DNA of 34,337 nt from Oligoflexales bacterium (GCA_041736175.1 JBGSUI010000243.1:1-34337); one strand, 5' to 3'; shown: positions 1 to 9,125, numbered from the stretch's first letter. The notes: generated by a model from the sequence alone, not told the origin. Made by a program: numbers and translations.

Positions 1-124
1 TTCAAAAAGATGCTCAAACACAAAACTCTAAAATCTGGCTAGTGGTCCTCGGCTATGATAAAAGCGGGAAATTAAGCTGATATTCCGAAGAAAACACACG
101 TTTCATATAAATAGATCTTCTGCA

Positions 125-715
125 TTGCAAGATCTAAGAAGTGGAGGTAAGTGGCAAGTTCCCACTGCTGTGGACTACAGCATTTTTGCCTTGTTATCCC
201 ATATCACCCAGCAGCTCCTGTATCGTACTCACCAACCCTCTTTAATCTATTTTCAGCTTGTCAAGGGCAAGGAAGACAACTGTGTGGGCAAAAAGTTTGA
301 CCCGCAACTTTTGGCGACATTGACAATGGGCGAATTAGGTAGCCACCTCCAAACGGGATTGCAGGTAGAATGTACCGGAGATGTTCCTAAGACACTCATC
401 AATCATGGACACTTAGCACATATCGTAGGAAGATTAATCCCCTGTATGCGAAACCTACCAAAAAAGATAATTTTGTCGACAAAGCTCGTCCAAGATCATC
501 TACGGTTTGTCGTGCCTCAGGAGATCGGTAAGTTCCTAAATAAGAGCGATGACCGAGTCCTCCTCGCAAAAAGTGATGGAGAAAGACTGGGGATTGACTT
601 GACCTATGACGGTGGAGACCTTGTTCTGAAAGTTCCCTATGATGGTCCTGCCGTCTGTGACTATAGCGCCTATCAACCGGTCGATGCAGCAGAGGTCTAT
701 CCAGAAGCGAGCTGA
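125..715 (+). CDS. Hypothetical protein, possibly a degenerate HisKA/HATPase-like (pseudo-histidine kinase) fold
   Basis: 196-aa ORF with uncertain start. LQVECTGDVPKTLINHGHLAHIVGRL, KIILSTKLVQDHLRFVV and LGIDLTYDGGDLVLKVP follow the hydrophobic pattern of HATPase_c, but the N, G1 and G2 box residues are absent. Confidence 0.45.
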   Translation: MQDLRSGGKWQVPTAVDYSIFALLSHITQQLLYRTHQPSLIYFQLVKGKEDNCVGKKFDPQLLATLTMGELGSHLQTGLQVECTGDVPKTLINHGHLAHIVGRLIPCMRNLPKKIILSTKLVQDHLRFVVPQEIGKFLNKSDDRVLLAKSDGERLGIDLTYDGGDLVLKVPYDGPAVCDYSAYQPVDAAEVYPEAS

Positions 716-888
716 TACCTTGGGTAAAAGGAGCCTCAATTGGTGGCATTTGAACAGCAAAAAACAAGTAATCTGTGCTAATTGCAACTCCAATGTGGCA
801 TAAAAAGCAATAGGGTTAACTTTGGCTAAATTCTGAGGACCTTCAGGAATTAAGCTCATTATACCTGAGCTCATGATTCTTTATTTAT

Positions 889-904
889 TGGCTCGTGTCT
901 TGCA
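889..904 (+). promoter_or_regulatory. Sigma54 (-24/-12) promoter
   Basis: TGGCTCGTGTCTTGCA: GG-N10-GC with TTGCA, 50 nt upstream of the ATG at 954. Confidence 0.7.
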
Positions 905-953
905 TAGGTTCGGACGACGACAAACCCTATTCCTTTTTTAAGGAGATCAATCC

Positions 954-1475
954 ATGGTAAATATGAATGCTACGACCCAAAATCCCGACTCGGTAGAATT
1001 TGAAACATTGAGAATGCGCGAGCGAATTTCCTGGAAAGCTGTCTTTGCTGGGACTCTTACCATTCTCGTCCTACAGATGCTGCTTAGCCTTCTTGGGGTG
1101 GGTATCAGTGCTAGCACCATCGACCCTCTAAAGGAACAGAATCCGCTGAGCGGAATCGGCATAGGTAGCGGCATATGGCTTATTCTTTCGACACTCTTTT
1201 CAGTTTTTGTGGGAAGTTTGATTGCTGGTCGGCTCGCCGTGATTCCAAGGCGGGAATGCAGCAAATATGACTCCTGATGACCAGAATCTAAAAGCTGAAG
1301 GGAACTCCACTGACGGAAACTCCACTGAAGGGACTCAAACTCAGAAGGGATCAGCAAAGCTGCCATCTGGAGCTTTATCTCGTTGCTCTTAGGCGGTATC
1401 GTTTCGGTGTTTGGTGGGCTACAAGGAATTGCGACTCTAAGTGGGAGACCTCTCTTTCCAACTCCGCAGCACTAG
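954..1475 (+). pseudogene. Disrupted 'RISWxAVFAG' (YrzE/PhnA-like) membrane protein
   Basis: RBS AAGGAGA. The N-terminal part RISWKAVFAG...GRLAVIPRRE stops at 1277. A shifted-frame linker NAANMTPDDQNLKAEGNSTDGNSTEGTQT follows, then the original frame resumes at 1341 with the family-type terminal TM helix SEGISKAAIWSFISLLLGGIVSVFGG and TAG at 1473-1475. Confidence 0.7.
1295..1350 (+). repeat. Imperfect 15-bp tandem repeat (~3.5 copies)
   Basis: ctgaagggaactcca / ctgacggaaactcca / ctgaagggactcaaa / ctcagaaggga. Confidence 0.7.
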
Positions 1476-1480
1476 CATGG

Positions 1481-1529
1481 AAAAGAAGCGGTCTGTACAG
1501 GCATTCAAGACTCCCTTGCAAACCGCTTC
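1481..1529 (-). terminator. Probable intrinsic terminator between convergent genes
   Basis: Imperfect stem GAAGCGGT...ACCGCTTC (1485-1529), followed on the minus strand by a short T-tract (aaaa at 1481-1484). Confidence 0.45.
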
Positions 1530-1542
1530 CCGATGCCCCCCT

Positions 1543-1848
1543 TCAAAGTGGTGTAGGTACTTCTATCGGGTTTCTCATGCCCTCGTTAGTTGCCCGATCA
1601 TTTGCTGCTTTTTGGACCTTTGGTGGTGATGACGACCATTCGCGCATGGCTTGGTCGCCGGGTCTATCGATATGAATTTTATCATCAATCTCTTTGACCC
1701 AGGACAATGGAATATAATGGTGTTGACCCTGTTTATCTTTTTTTAGCTTGATTATATCTTCGCCTTCAAGGTGATCCACGGTTGCAAACTGCCCATTTTC
1801 CGAGCAAACAACGGGGGCATCTGGTCTTATTTCATTTTTGTTAATCAT
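1543..1848 (-). CDS. DUF2171 family protein
   Basis: MINKNEIRPDAPVVCSENGQFATVDHLEGEDIIKLKKDKQGQHHYIPLSWV matches the DUF2171 signature (TVDHxxGxxIKL...HHYIPLSWV). ATG at 1848 follows a GGAG RBS. Confidence 0.85.
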   Translation of the reverse strand: MINKNEIRPDAPVVCSENGQFATVDHLEGEDIIKLKKDKQGQHHYIPLSWVKEIDDKIHIDRPGDQAMREWSSSPPKVQKAANDRATNEGMRNPIEVPTPL

Positions 1849-1944
1849 GAAAAACTCCACTTCTAGTTTCTATTGTTTCAAAAAATAAAACTTCACGGAC
1901 CAATCTGAGACTTTTCAACCATCAGATGATGACTGGCCATACTT

Positions 1945-1960
1945 TGCATTTTTCGTGCCA
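1945..1960 (-). promoter_or_regulatory. Sigma54 (-24/-12) promoter for the DUF2171 gene
   Basis: Minus strand reads TGGCACGAAAAATGCA (GG-N10-GC, perfect TGGCACG), ~97 nt upstream of the start. Confidence 0.75.
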
Positions 1961-2087
1961 GAATGTATAAATAACCTTGTCTCGATACGGTTAACTTGTC
2001 GCTGCGGAGCATTCGTGGCAAACTTTGGATGTCTCCTGTTACCATAGATTATGAAACTTAAAGGCCTATGACTCGACAAAGGGGCGA

Positions 2088-3065
2088 ATGATGGATAGCA
2101 AAGAGCTTAATTTCGACTGGCAAAAGGATTTCAGGTCCGCAACTGAGCATTTAGTGGCCAAGAATTGGCTGTCCGCACTTTTGATCGGTGTCATCTCGGG
2201 TTTTATGGGTATGGGCTGCGCCAATTTAGGACCGTCGGAAGAATCTGGTTTGTCGGTTTTAGAAGACGAAGAGGAAATACCCCAAGTACCTTCAAAATCT
2301 CGAGCAGGCCAGTCAGGTTATTCTATGGGCGCCACAAAGCATACCGCTTCTTGGGTCATCTGCAATCATAATAACCCGGTCGGTGCTATGATCGTGGTCC
2401 AAGGAGAGCTAGCCGACTTCCAAGGGATTGCATCCTGTAATGAAGGGCTCGCTCAAGCGTTTCTAAGCGAACAATATTCGGTCCTCTTGATCCCGCGTCC
2501 AGGATCGATGGGGACGAGTGGCGCGAATGACCTCGGAGGCCCCCTCACCCTAGCATCGGTGGTCACTGCGGTAAAATCGGTCACTATGCAACCAAACCCA
2601 TTACTCAACGGCAAATTAAACGGCTTTTGGGGATATGGAAGCGGAGCCGGGGTCGCAGCCCTTGCGGCAAGGCAGTTAGGAAGTCCTGGGTTTCTAATCA
2701 TCGGAGGAGGGTTCTATGATTACGAAGATGTCTTGGCAAAAACCCAGTTTCAGCCACTCAAAGAGGCCATCACCAAAATCAAGCAGACGACCGGAGACAA
2801 AGGCATCGAATTCAGATCGGTCGCCTATGATATCAGCAAACTACCTAAATCAATTTATGCCTATCACGGCTCCCTAGACCAGGTGGCACCCATGGGCCAA
2901 GCCCGAGCCTTTGCTGACTCTCTCCGAACCAGTGGAGAGTACCAGGTGACTTTTAAAGTCTTAGAGGGGACGGGTCATTGGCTCAAGACATCGGAACAAC
3001 AGCATGTGATCCGAACAATCTTGCAGAGCCAAAAGAACGCCGCGGCCCCAGCTCAAAATGAGTGA
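2088..3065 (+). CDS. Alpha/beta-hydrolase-fold (S9-peptidase-like) putative lipoprotein with atypical nucleophile elbow
   Basis: Hydrophobic stretch ending GMGC. Elbow WGYGSGAGVA, acid motif YHGSLDQVAP and His motif LEGTGHWL. Start codon uncertain. Confidence 0.75.
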   Translation: MMDSKELNFDWQKDFRSATEHLVAKNWLSALLIGVISGFMGMGCANLGPSEESGLSVLEDEEEIPQVPSKSRAGQSGYSMGATKHTASWVICNHNNPVGAMIVVQGELADFQGIASCNEGLAQAFLSEQYSVLLIPRPGSMGTSGANDLGGPLTLASVVTAVKSVTMQPNPLLNGKLNGFWGYGSGAGVAALAARQLGSPGFLIIGGGFYDYEDVLAKTQFQPLKEAITKIKQTTGDKGIEFRSVAYDISKLPKSIYAYHGSLDQVAPMGQARAFADSLRTSGEYQVTFKVLEGTGHWLKTSEQQHVIRTILQSQKNAAAPAQNE

Positions 3066-3071
3066 ATCACA

Positions 3072-3117
3072 CCCCCCTACCTAAAACAACCATAGGCCGT
3101 TAGGAGGCTGGGGGGGG
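3072..3117. terminator. Possible hairpin/terminator between convergent genes
   Basis: CCCCCCTACCTAA...TTAGGAGGCTGGGGGGG imperfect inverted repeat in the 81-nt gap; no T-tract. Confidence 0.3.
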
Positions 3118-3146
3118 AACTAGCATGAAGATCGATCTTCGAGAGG

Positions 3147-3503
3147 CTAGTCTTCCAAGGGAGATTCGTAAAATACATAGGAAGTTGAGTAGTCAGATAC
3201 TTCAAAATAGACTTTTTTCTCATCTTCGTTGGCGATGTAGTCGAAATTTCGATCAAAGTACCCATAGCCAAAACGAAAGGCGCGAGCGGTGGTGGGATCA
3301 TTCGTCGCCGTTGCTGTTGTCAGTTTGTCGATTTTAATAAACCGGTACAAAACTTTCCCTTCGCTTAAGACATCGAGAACTCCGTTTGTCCCTGTCCAAT
3401 TCTGGATGCTTTTAGAGATGCGGTTTTGAACTTCTTGGGTGCAGCCGGAAAGACCAGCCAAGATCGTTACGGTCCCCAAAACTCCTATCAAAGCCTGTCG
3501 CAT
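3147..3503 (-). CDS. Small hypothetical lipoprotein
   Basis: Signal peptide MRQALIGVLGTVTILAGLSGC with lipobox LSGC; AAGGAA RBS; beta-rich mature region. Confidence 0.8.
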   Translation of the reverse strand: MRQALIGVLGTVTILAGLSGCTQEVQNRISKSIQNWTGTNGVLDVLSEGKVLYRFIKIDKLTTATATNDPTTARAFRFGYGYFDRNFDYIANEDEKKVYFEVSDYSTSYVFYESPLED

Positions 3504-3611
3504 AAATGAATTCCTTTCATAAGACTTCTTTGTAACCTAATGCAAACTCTGCGGATTGGAAAGACTAAAGCCGACATTAATCCATCAGTCATAGAGATTC
3601 TATCTAAAATC

Positions 3612-4187
3612 CTAAATGATCTGCTTGACAGGGACATCAGGAGCTGCGGATTTGGTGAATTCTTGATTGCTTGGAACCCTGATTTCTGGCCCACTTGGCC
3701 CCAGTGTCCCTGGTCCATTGCCAGGACGGATGGAGCCCATTTTATGAGACTCCTTCGAGGCAGGCGTCGGCCTAGGACTCGGTAATGCTAGGGCTTCCTG
3801 TTGAGGATTGACCTTTGCCATAGTTGTGTGGCCATTGAATTGAGCCCCTTCCTTAATGACGAGGAGAGGCGTGACGATATCGCCCTCCACGCGACAAGTA
3901 GGGCAAAGTTCTACCCTGATACTTGCATAGATTTTTCCAACCACATGACCTTGTATAACTGTATCTTCTGCCTTTATTTCCGCATGAATCGTGGCGTCTT
4001 CCTCAATAACCAAAAAACCCTCTGACTGGATATGCCCCTCGATGCGGCCAGCAATCCTAGTGGATCCTTTGCAAAAGAATTTTCCAGTAAATTGGCACCC
4101 GTTTGTCAGTATAGTAACAGCGTGGTGATCCCTGGGGTTCATAACCTTTTTTGTCTTGTTCCCTTGACGGGATTTACTAGAAAACAT
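3612..4187 (-). CDS. Bactofilin (polymer-forming cytoskeletal protein, CcmA family)
   Basis: TILTNGCQFTGKFFCKGSTRIAGRIEGHI...VEGDIVTPLLVIKEGAQFNG beta-helix core and Pro-rich C-tail. AGGAGG RBS before ATG 4187. Confidence 0.92.
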   Translation of the reverse strand: MFSSKSRQGNKTKKVMNPRDHHAVTILTNGCQFTGKFFCKGSTRIAGRIEGHIQSEGFLVIEEDATIHAEIKAEDTVIQGHVVGKIYASIRVELCPTCRVEGDIVTPLLVIKEGAQFNGHTTMAKVNPQQEALALPSPRPTPASKESHKMGSIRPGNGPGTLGPSGPEIRVPSNQEFTKSAAPDVPVKQII

Positions 4188-5049
4188 GTTATTCCTCCTG
4201 ATAGATTCTGAGAATACCAAAATGGAGTGCTTATCTATGGGGTTCGTTGGAAAACAAAGATCTCAAGGGGCTGGATCAGACAAACGTTATCATATTATAA
4301 CACGATTTTTATCTACGTCATTTTCTACGGGGGAGTTTCAATGGTTTCATGAAGAGGGATGGGAAGAAGAACACTTGCAAGAGCTCATGGCGCAGAATTT
4401 GCCCATGCCCCTAGGGATCTATCAACAACCTCCATGGGTGAAGGAAAGAAACTTAACAAAATCTGCCCCCGATCGACTGATTGGTCGATGGATCCTCCGG
4501 ACTAGACAGCAAGATGAGTACAAAAATATAGGAGATGCTGTAGCCTATGCCCAGATTAAGGGTTTTACCCAAGTCAAACTATTTGTTTCCCTATGGAAGG
4601 CCAAGAATCATTCCTTAGACCTATGGCACCAAGCATTAAGCCTATTGATTTCTGGAGTATTAATTGGAACGAAAGGAGACCTCCTTAAAGTTTATGTCTG
4701 TTGCCTTCCTCCTGATTTAAGCCCACAGCAACTTTTCCCGACCTTAGGGGGTGAAATTTCCCCTGGGACTACCTTAAAATCGATTCGGACTCCTGTGAAC
4801 ACTTGGAGTTTTTTGGCTGGATATGCTGCCAAAGATTTCACTAAAACACAAACTTCCATCGACATGGAAAAAGCGCTCGTAGAAATCAAGGTCCTTGAAG
4901 TCTCCCCAACCGAATGGTGGGCGAGTGGCCCCGGAAAAAAATCAGGAGAAACTCTTCATTATTTAACATCAAGGATCACAAGTGACGAAGATCGAAACCG
5001 ACTTAGGCGGCCTCGACCTCGTAAATTATCGCGGTTTCTAAGATGGTGA
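4186..5049 (+). CDS. Hypothetical protein, weak RimJ/RimL GNAT-like pattern
   Basis: Long open frame divergent from bactofilin. The true start is probably downstream because 4186 overlaps the bactofilin start. No clear acetyl-CoA motif. Confidence 0.55.
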   Translation: MLFLLIDSENTKMECLSMGFVGKQRSQGAGSDKRYHIITRFLSTSFSTGEFQWFHEEGWEEEHLQELMAQNLPMPLGIYQQPPWVKERNLTKSAPDRLIGRWILRTRQQDEYKNIGDAVAYAQIKGFTQVKLFVSLWKAKNHSLDLWHQALSLLISGVLIGTKGDLLKVYVCCLPPDLSPQQLFPTLGGEISPGTTLKSIRTPVNTWSFLAGYAAKDFTKTQTSIDMEKALVEIKVLEVSPTEWWASGPGKKSGETLHYLTSRITSDEDRNRLRRPRPRKLSRFLRW

Positions 5050-5055
5050 AGTACT

Positions 5056-6516
5056 CTAAAGAGTACACGGCTTGAGATCGACCTTAAAATCTGCATCCAC
5101 GATGTAATAATTTCCTGATTCCTTGCATCCTGCTGCTTTATGGGCGTCGCAAGAAACTCGGGGCATAGCTTTGCAGTGGGCAACGTAATAGCCGTTAGTT
5201 GATGAAGGTAGCTGGGCTGCAGTGAGGGAGACTTTGAGTTTGTCGATCACTGGGGAGCAGGTCTCTGGACCATCAAAAGCCTCACATCTTTCTTTGGCGC
5301 TAGCTTTGTAATCTTTGCCGGTGATGAGATTATGGGATGGAGTGCTCCAGCCCACGTTACCGGAAACAGTCGAGAGATAAACCATGCCATTGCCTGTTGC
5401 CTCCCGTTCGACCCGGTCGGTGTAGGTAAGAATCCCATCAACTAAATTATCAAGCTGAGAAACCGAAATGCCCGGAACCTGTACACCTTTGGTTTCAATA
5501 TCTAAGGCATCAAATTTAATGGATAGATTCCAAGGTTTTCCTTTCGGCGCAAAGGTTATGTCATCATTTATTGCAAATAAAAAACATGGAATCAGTTTAG
5601 CTTTCAACTCGCACCGCTCCAGGGCGAGACGCTTTGCTTCATCAATAGATTCCAAATCATCTTCGATCACCGCTACTTTGGTTCCATCAAGACTGATCGC
5701 TATGGCCTTAAATCCCAGGAATTTTTGATACTGAGTGATCATAAGATCTCCCTGGGAAGGATCTTTAAAAGGAACCTCGGTCAAAACCTTAGGAGTCGCG
5801 AGAGTATCAGTATAGGTTTCTGGTTTGCTGAGGCTAGCGCTGTCTTTTTCGTACTTGTCATCAGCTACCAAAACAGTGCATGGCTGAAATCCTCCGATAA
5901 CATAGCATCCCTCTAAAGCAGCTCTTTTTGCATCTGCCAGCGAAGCTTGGGTTGACAGTACAACCGCCATACCTAGACCCTTTTCATTGACAGCAATCGC
6001 CTTGGTGGCTTTAGTCTCTAAATATTTATTCCCTTCGATCAGCGCACTCACCATTTGCGAGACCTTGTAGGTTTTAGGATTAAAGACATCCCCCTTTTGA
6101 AACGACGGAGGTTGAGCAGGTGGCGGTACGGGAGCCGGTGGATCGCTTGCGGGAGGCGGGGTCGATCCGGGCGACGAAGGAATCGTTGCCATTTCTGCGT
6201 CGGATACCACCACTAAGGGTTCACCTGCAGGTGCACTACCTGGGGTCGGCGCCTGATCAGTCGTTGTCATGGTGACATCGGAGCCAGCGGGACCATTAGA
6301 GGCGCCGGGATTTCCAGGTGTAGTCTGAGGACTCTGGCTTGCCGGGACTGTGGAGTCACTTGATTTCAGGTCCGTACTGGAGGCTGCTGGATTCGTACCG
6401 ACAGGGGTATTAGAAATCGCCTTGGTATGGCTTCCCGGTGACCTACTCGGTGGTTTTGCACAATTCATTAATAATGTCCCTATCAGCAACGATCTTGCGA
6501 AATGCCCTTTATTCAT
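5056..6516 (-). CDS. Lipoprotein with a Pro/Ser/Thr linker and three DUF4189-like Cys-paired repeats
   Basis: Lipobox LMNC (C19); PST-rich aa ~20-138; repeats KAIAV...AKRAALEGC...PC, KAIAI...AKRLALERC...PC and MVYLS...SAKERC...TC. Confidence 0.75.
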   Translation of the reverse strand: MNKGHFARSLLIGTLLMNCAKPPSRSPGSHTKAISNTPVGTNPAASSTDLKSSDSTVPASQSPQTTPGNPGASNGPAGSDVTMTTTDQAPTPGSAPAGEPLVVVSDAEMATIPSSPGSTPPPASDPPAPVPPPAQPPSFQKGDVFNPKTYKVSQMVSALIEGNKYLETKATKAIAVNEKGLGMAVVLSTQASLADAKRAALEGCYVIGGFQPCTVLVADDKYEKDSASLSKPETYTDTLATPKVLTEVPFKDPSQGDLMITQYQKFLGFKAIAISLDGTKVAVIEDDLESIDEAKRLALERCELKAKLIPCFLFAINDDITFAPKGKPWNLSIKFDALDIETKGVQVPGISVSQLDNLVDGILTYTDRVEREATGNGMVYLSTVSGNVGWSTPSHNLITGKDYKASAKERCEAFDGPETCSPVIDKLKVSLTAAQLPSSTNGYYVAHCKAMPRVSCDAHKAAGCKESGNYYIVDADFKVDLKPCTL

Positions 6517-6607
6517 ACTACTTCCCCCTTTTTAAAGTACAGACTCGGATTTGTTTTCTCTAGATTCTGTCTTATCGGAGAGTGTAGGGGAATAATCAAG
6601 TAATACC

Positions 6608-6637
6608 AAATAACATAAAATTTATATTATGTTAGCG
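6608..6637. promoter_or_regulatory. Perfect 8-bp inverted repeat TAACATAA-N8-TTATGTTA (operator-like or Xer/dif-like)
   Basis: Arms at 6611-6618 and 6627-6634, in AT-rich intergenic DNA upstream of the lipoprotein gene. Confidence 0.4.
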
Positions 6638-6656
6638 ATTATCAATAAAAAAGTAA

Positions 6657-9125
6657 CTAACGTATAATAGACCTCAAATAGTTTTCCATAAGCTTGCGGT
6701 CAGCATCCTCAACTGGAGTCGACTGAATTTCCTCAAGCACGTCTTCCCGATAGCGTCGATCGACCTCATACCCACGACGGATTTCGATATCACCACCGAC
6801 CACCGATTGTCCGTAATAATTGTCGCCCGTCACCCGCCGGCGTCCACCTCGCCCCCTCCGACGCTGCTGGGATTCCTGAGCTGCAGAATCAGCTTGTCTT
6901 AAGAGACGCCCAGCAAGATCTGAGTTGGACTCAGCATCAGTAAACTTGCCTTGGTCCCCTGACTCATTGGTTTGCTCCATAGCTTTGATGGCAAATTGAA
7001 CCCTTGCACCTGCCGTTGGTGAGAGCGACCTCAGCTGCGACTCCACCCGGCGGGTTTCCTTTATATTCGCATTTTGTTTAAGCCTCGACCCTATCCACGC
7101 TTGATCGAGGTCAGCTTGAGTTCTTTCAGCCGCTCGATCCATCTCGGTGGAGACTTCGCCCTGGCGTTTTTGTAACTCCTTTAGGACGCTCCGAGCCGAT
7201 GCTATACCAGCCTGTCGTTGCTGTTCATCCTGCTGGCGCATTTGGTCCTCAGCAGCTTCTAAATCCTGAATCCATTTGCGGTAGTCTACTACCGATTTAG
7301 ATAAAATCGTAAGTTGGTCGCCACGCTTTTCGGGCTGTGATTGGGCTGCAGAATCTAGTGCAACACTATCCTGAATAGACTGCTGGAAGACGCGCTTGGT
7401 TTTAATAGCTTCGTATTGGGGAGGCACCTTTGATTCTTCTAGGCGACTGATCCGCATCTGCCATCGAATCTGCCTTTCATCGAGAAATTTTAAGATTCTT
7501 TGTTCTACAACTGCAATAGGAACCGGCCTCTTTTTAGGTGGTTGCTCAATGAGTCTCGACAGACTTCGTGCAGCTACAAAAAAATCTCGATCCCGTTCTC
7601 GATCGTCAATAATCTCGTGCTCAAATAAAAATTCGTTAATTTTTTGGGAAGTATCCATAAGAATGTCAAGACTTTTGGTTTCCCTAAATTCGGCGAGTCT
7701 ACTAGCAAACCTTGCAATTTGCATTCGGTCCAATCCGTCAAAAAAGGGCGATTTATTACTCTTTTCAGCCATAGATTGCACAAGACCATCGACCTCTTCA
7801 GGCAGGTCAGTTTGATCCTTTTCGATCGCTTGATCAAGATGGGTCTTGATCGCCCGAACAACCCCAAGAGCTTCACGGTAGCGCCCATAGGCACTGGCAG
7901 TATTTAGCATCAAGGGATCGCTACGACCTATAAGCGGTTTGGGAATGGCGTGATCTATAGCCTCGGCAATGATTTCGACCTGGGCGAAATCACTATCTAC
8001 GTAAGACTCGAGGAGCAGTCTGTGATCCACTGCAAGCTCCAGTCGATCTTCTGTGACCATGTTTGCAACAAGAACACTTGATGATTGTTGACCAGCTTTG
8101 ATAATCAGCCTCACAAGCTGCAAAGGAAACGTAGAGTTTACTTGAATCTTGAGGGGCAAAGGCTGGTCATCGGGCCACGGATCCTGTATCGAAGGTGTGT
8201 CTACAGAAAGTTTTACTTGGGGGACCGGTAGCTGTTTTACGTAAAAGTAGGCTAATGGCTTTGAAGCATCCACCCTGGGGATGTGAAGGGTCAAATTCTC
8301 ACTTACAGAAAATGCTATGGCGTAGCCGTCCTTTGCTCCTTGCTGCGTTCCTCTCTGGGGAAGCATCTGGAAGCTTTGAAAAAGCTCTACACTGGTGGCT
8401 CCTTCTTCAGACCCAGAAGGCTTAGGTTCAAATTTACGTAACTCAACCGTGGGAGCCTGACCTGATACCTCTGAAGAGGCTAACTCCACCTTTACAAGAT
8501 TTTGTGCCACCAATTCGACCTTAATAGGCTGCTTTCCTGACAGGACCAAATTTTTATTAACAGTTGCCTCATCGACTGCACCTTGAACAACCGTTAAAGT
8601 CGCTCCTTGGGTCAACCGCTTTGCAACCTTTGTGACTTCCACCAGAGCTCCTTTAAAAGACCCAAGGGCTTGCGGCATGGCAATCATCACAAAGGCTAGC
8701 GGAAGAACTAAAGTCGCCAGCTGCCTTTGTAAGACCTGTCTTTGAAATGATTTTTGACTTTCCAAATGTTTCCTAATTTTTCCCATCCACTCGTCATTTA
8801 CTGGATCTCCAAGGGTATGACTCAATAGGGGAGTTCTGGTTTCGCTACCGTATTTAATATCCAGAGCGAGAGCTAACTGGCTAGGAGTCACCTCGCAGCT
8901 ATCCTTTGTTCTGCGAAAATAAAGTAAAAGGCACAGGAAAAAGATTCCTAAACCAAAAATCCAATGATCAAGCTTTTCTTTTGGATCAACTATAGACCAC
9001 AGCGTCACTCCTGATGTTCCCAATAAGACACATTGCGTTAAGAGTAAAAAGCTCTGCAGGCGCCTAGATTGCCGCAGAACTCGATTGATTTCTTGTGCTG
9101 CATCAAAAATGCTTCTGTAAGGCAT
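6657..9125 (-). CDS. DUF4175-like membrane-anchored protein
   Basis: Three N-terminal hydrophobic segments, an Ig-like middle region, a long Q/E/R-rich coiled coil and C-terminal DIEIRR...YREDVLEE...ENYLRSI resembling DUF4175 termini. Confidence 0.6.
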   Translation of the reverse strand: MPYRSIFDAAQEINRVLRQSRRLQSFLLLTQCVLLGTSGVTLWSIVDPKEKLDHWIFGLGIFFLCLLLYFRRTKDSCEVTPSQLALALDIKYGSETRTPLLSHTLGDPVNDEWMGKIRKHLESQKSFQRQVLQRQLATLVLPLAFVMIAMPQALGSFKGALVEVTKVAKRLTQGATLTVVQGAVDEATVNKNLVLSGKQPIKVELVAQNLVKVELASSEVSGQAPTVELRKFEPKPSGSEEGATSVELFQSFQMLPQRGTQQGAKDGYAIAFSVSENLTLHIPRVDASKPLAYFYVKQLPVPQVKLSVDTPSIQDPWPDDQPLPLKIQVNSTFPLQLVRLIIKAGQQSSSVLVANMVTEDRLELAVDHRLLLESYVDSDFAQVEIIAEAIDHAIPKPLIGRSDPLMLNTASAYGRYREALGVVRAIKTHLDQAIEKDQTDLPEEVDGLVQSMAEKSNKSPFFDGLDRMQIARFASRLAEFRETKSLDILMDTSQKINEFLFEHEIIDDRERDRDFFVAARSLSRLIEQPPKKRPVPIAVVEQRILKFLDERQIRWQMRISRLEESKVPPQYEAIKTKRVFQQSIQDSVALDSAAQSQPEKRGDQLTILSKSVVDYRKWIQDLEAAEDQMRQQDEQQRQAGIASARSVLKELQKRQGEVSTEMDRAAERTQADLDQAWIGSRLKQNANIKETRRVESQLRSLSPTAGARVQFAIKAMEQTNESGDQGKFTDAESNSDLAGRLLRQADSAAQESQQRRRGRGGRRRVTGDNYYGQSVVGGDIEIRRGYEVDRRYREDVLEEIQSTPVEDADRKLMENYLRSIIR

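Noticed and set aside
1295..1350. CRISPR-like repeats
   Set aside because: Adjacent 15-bp units with no spacers and no cas genes; they encode a peptide repeat.
1934..1948. Plus-strand sigma54 site TGGCCATACTTTGCA
   Set aside because: The GG-GC spacing is 9 nt rather than the required 10.
6572..6600. Sigma28 promoter (TCCGATAA, minus strand) for the lipoprotein gene
   Set aside because: The -10 is good, but there is no recognisable -35 at the proper spacing.
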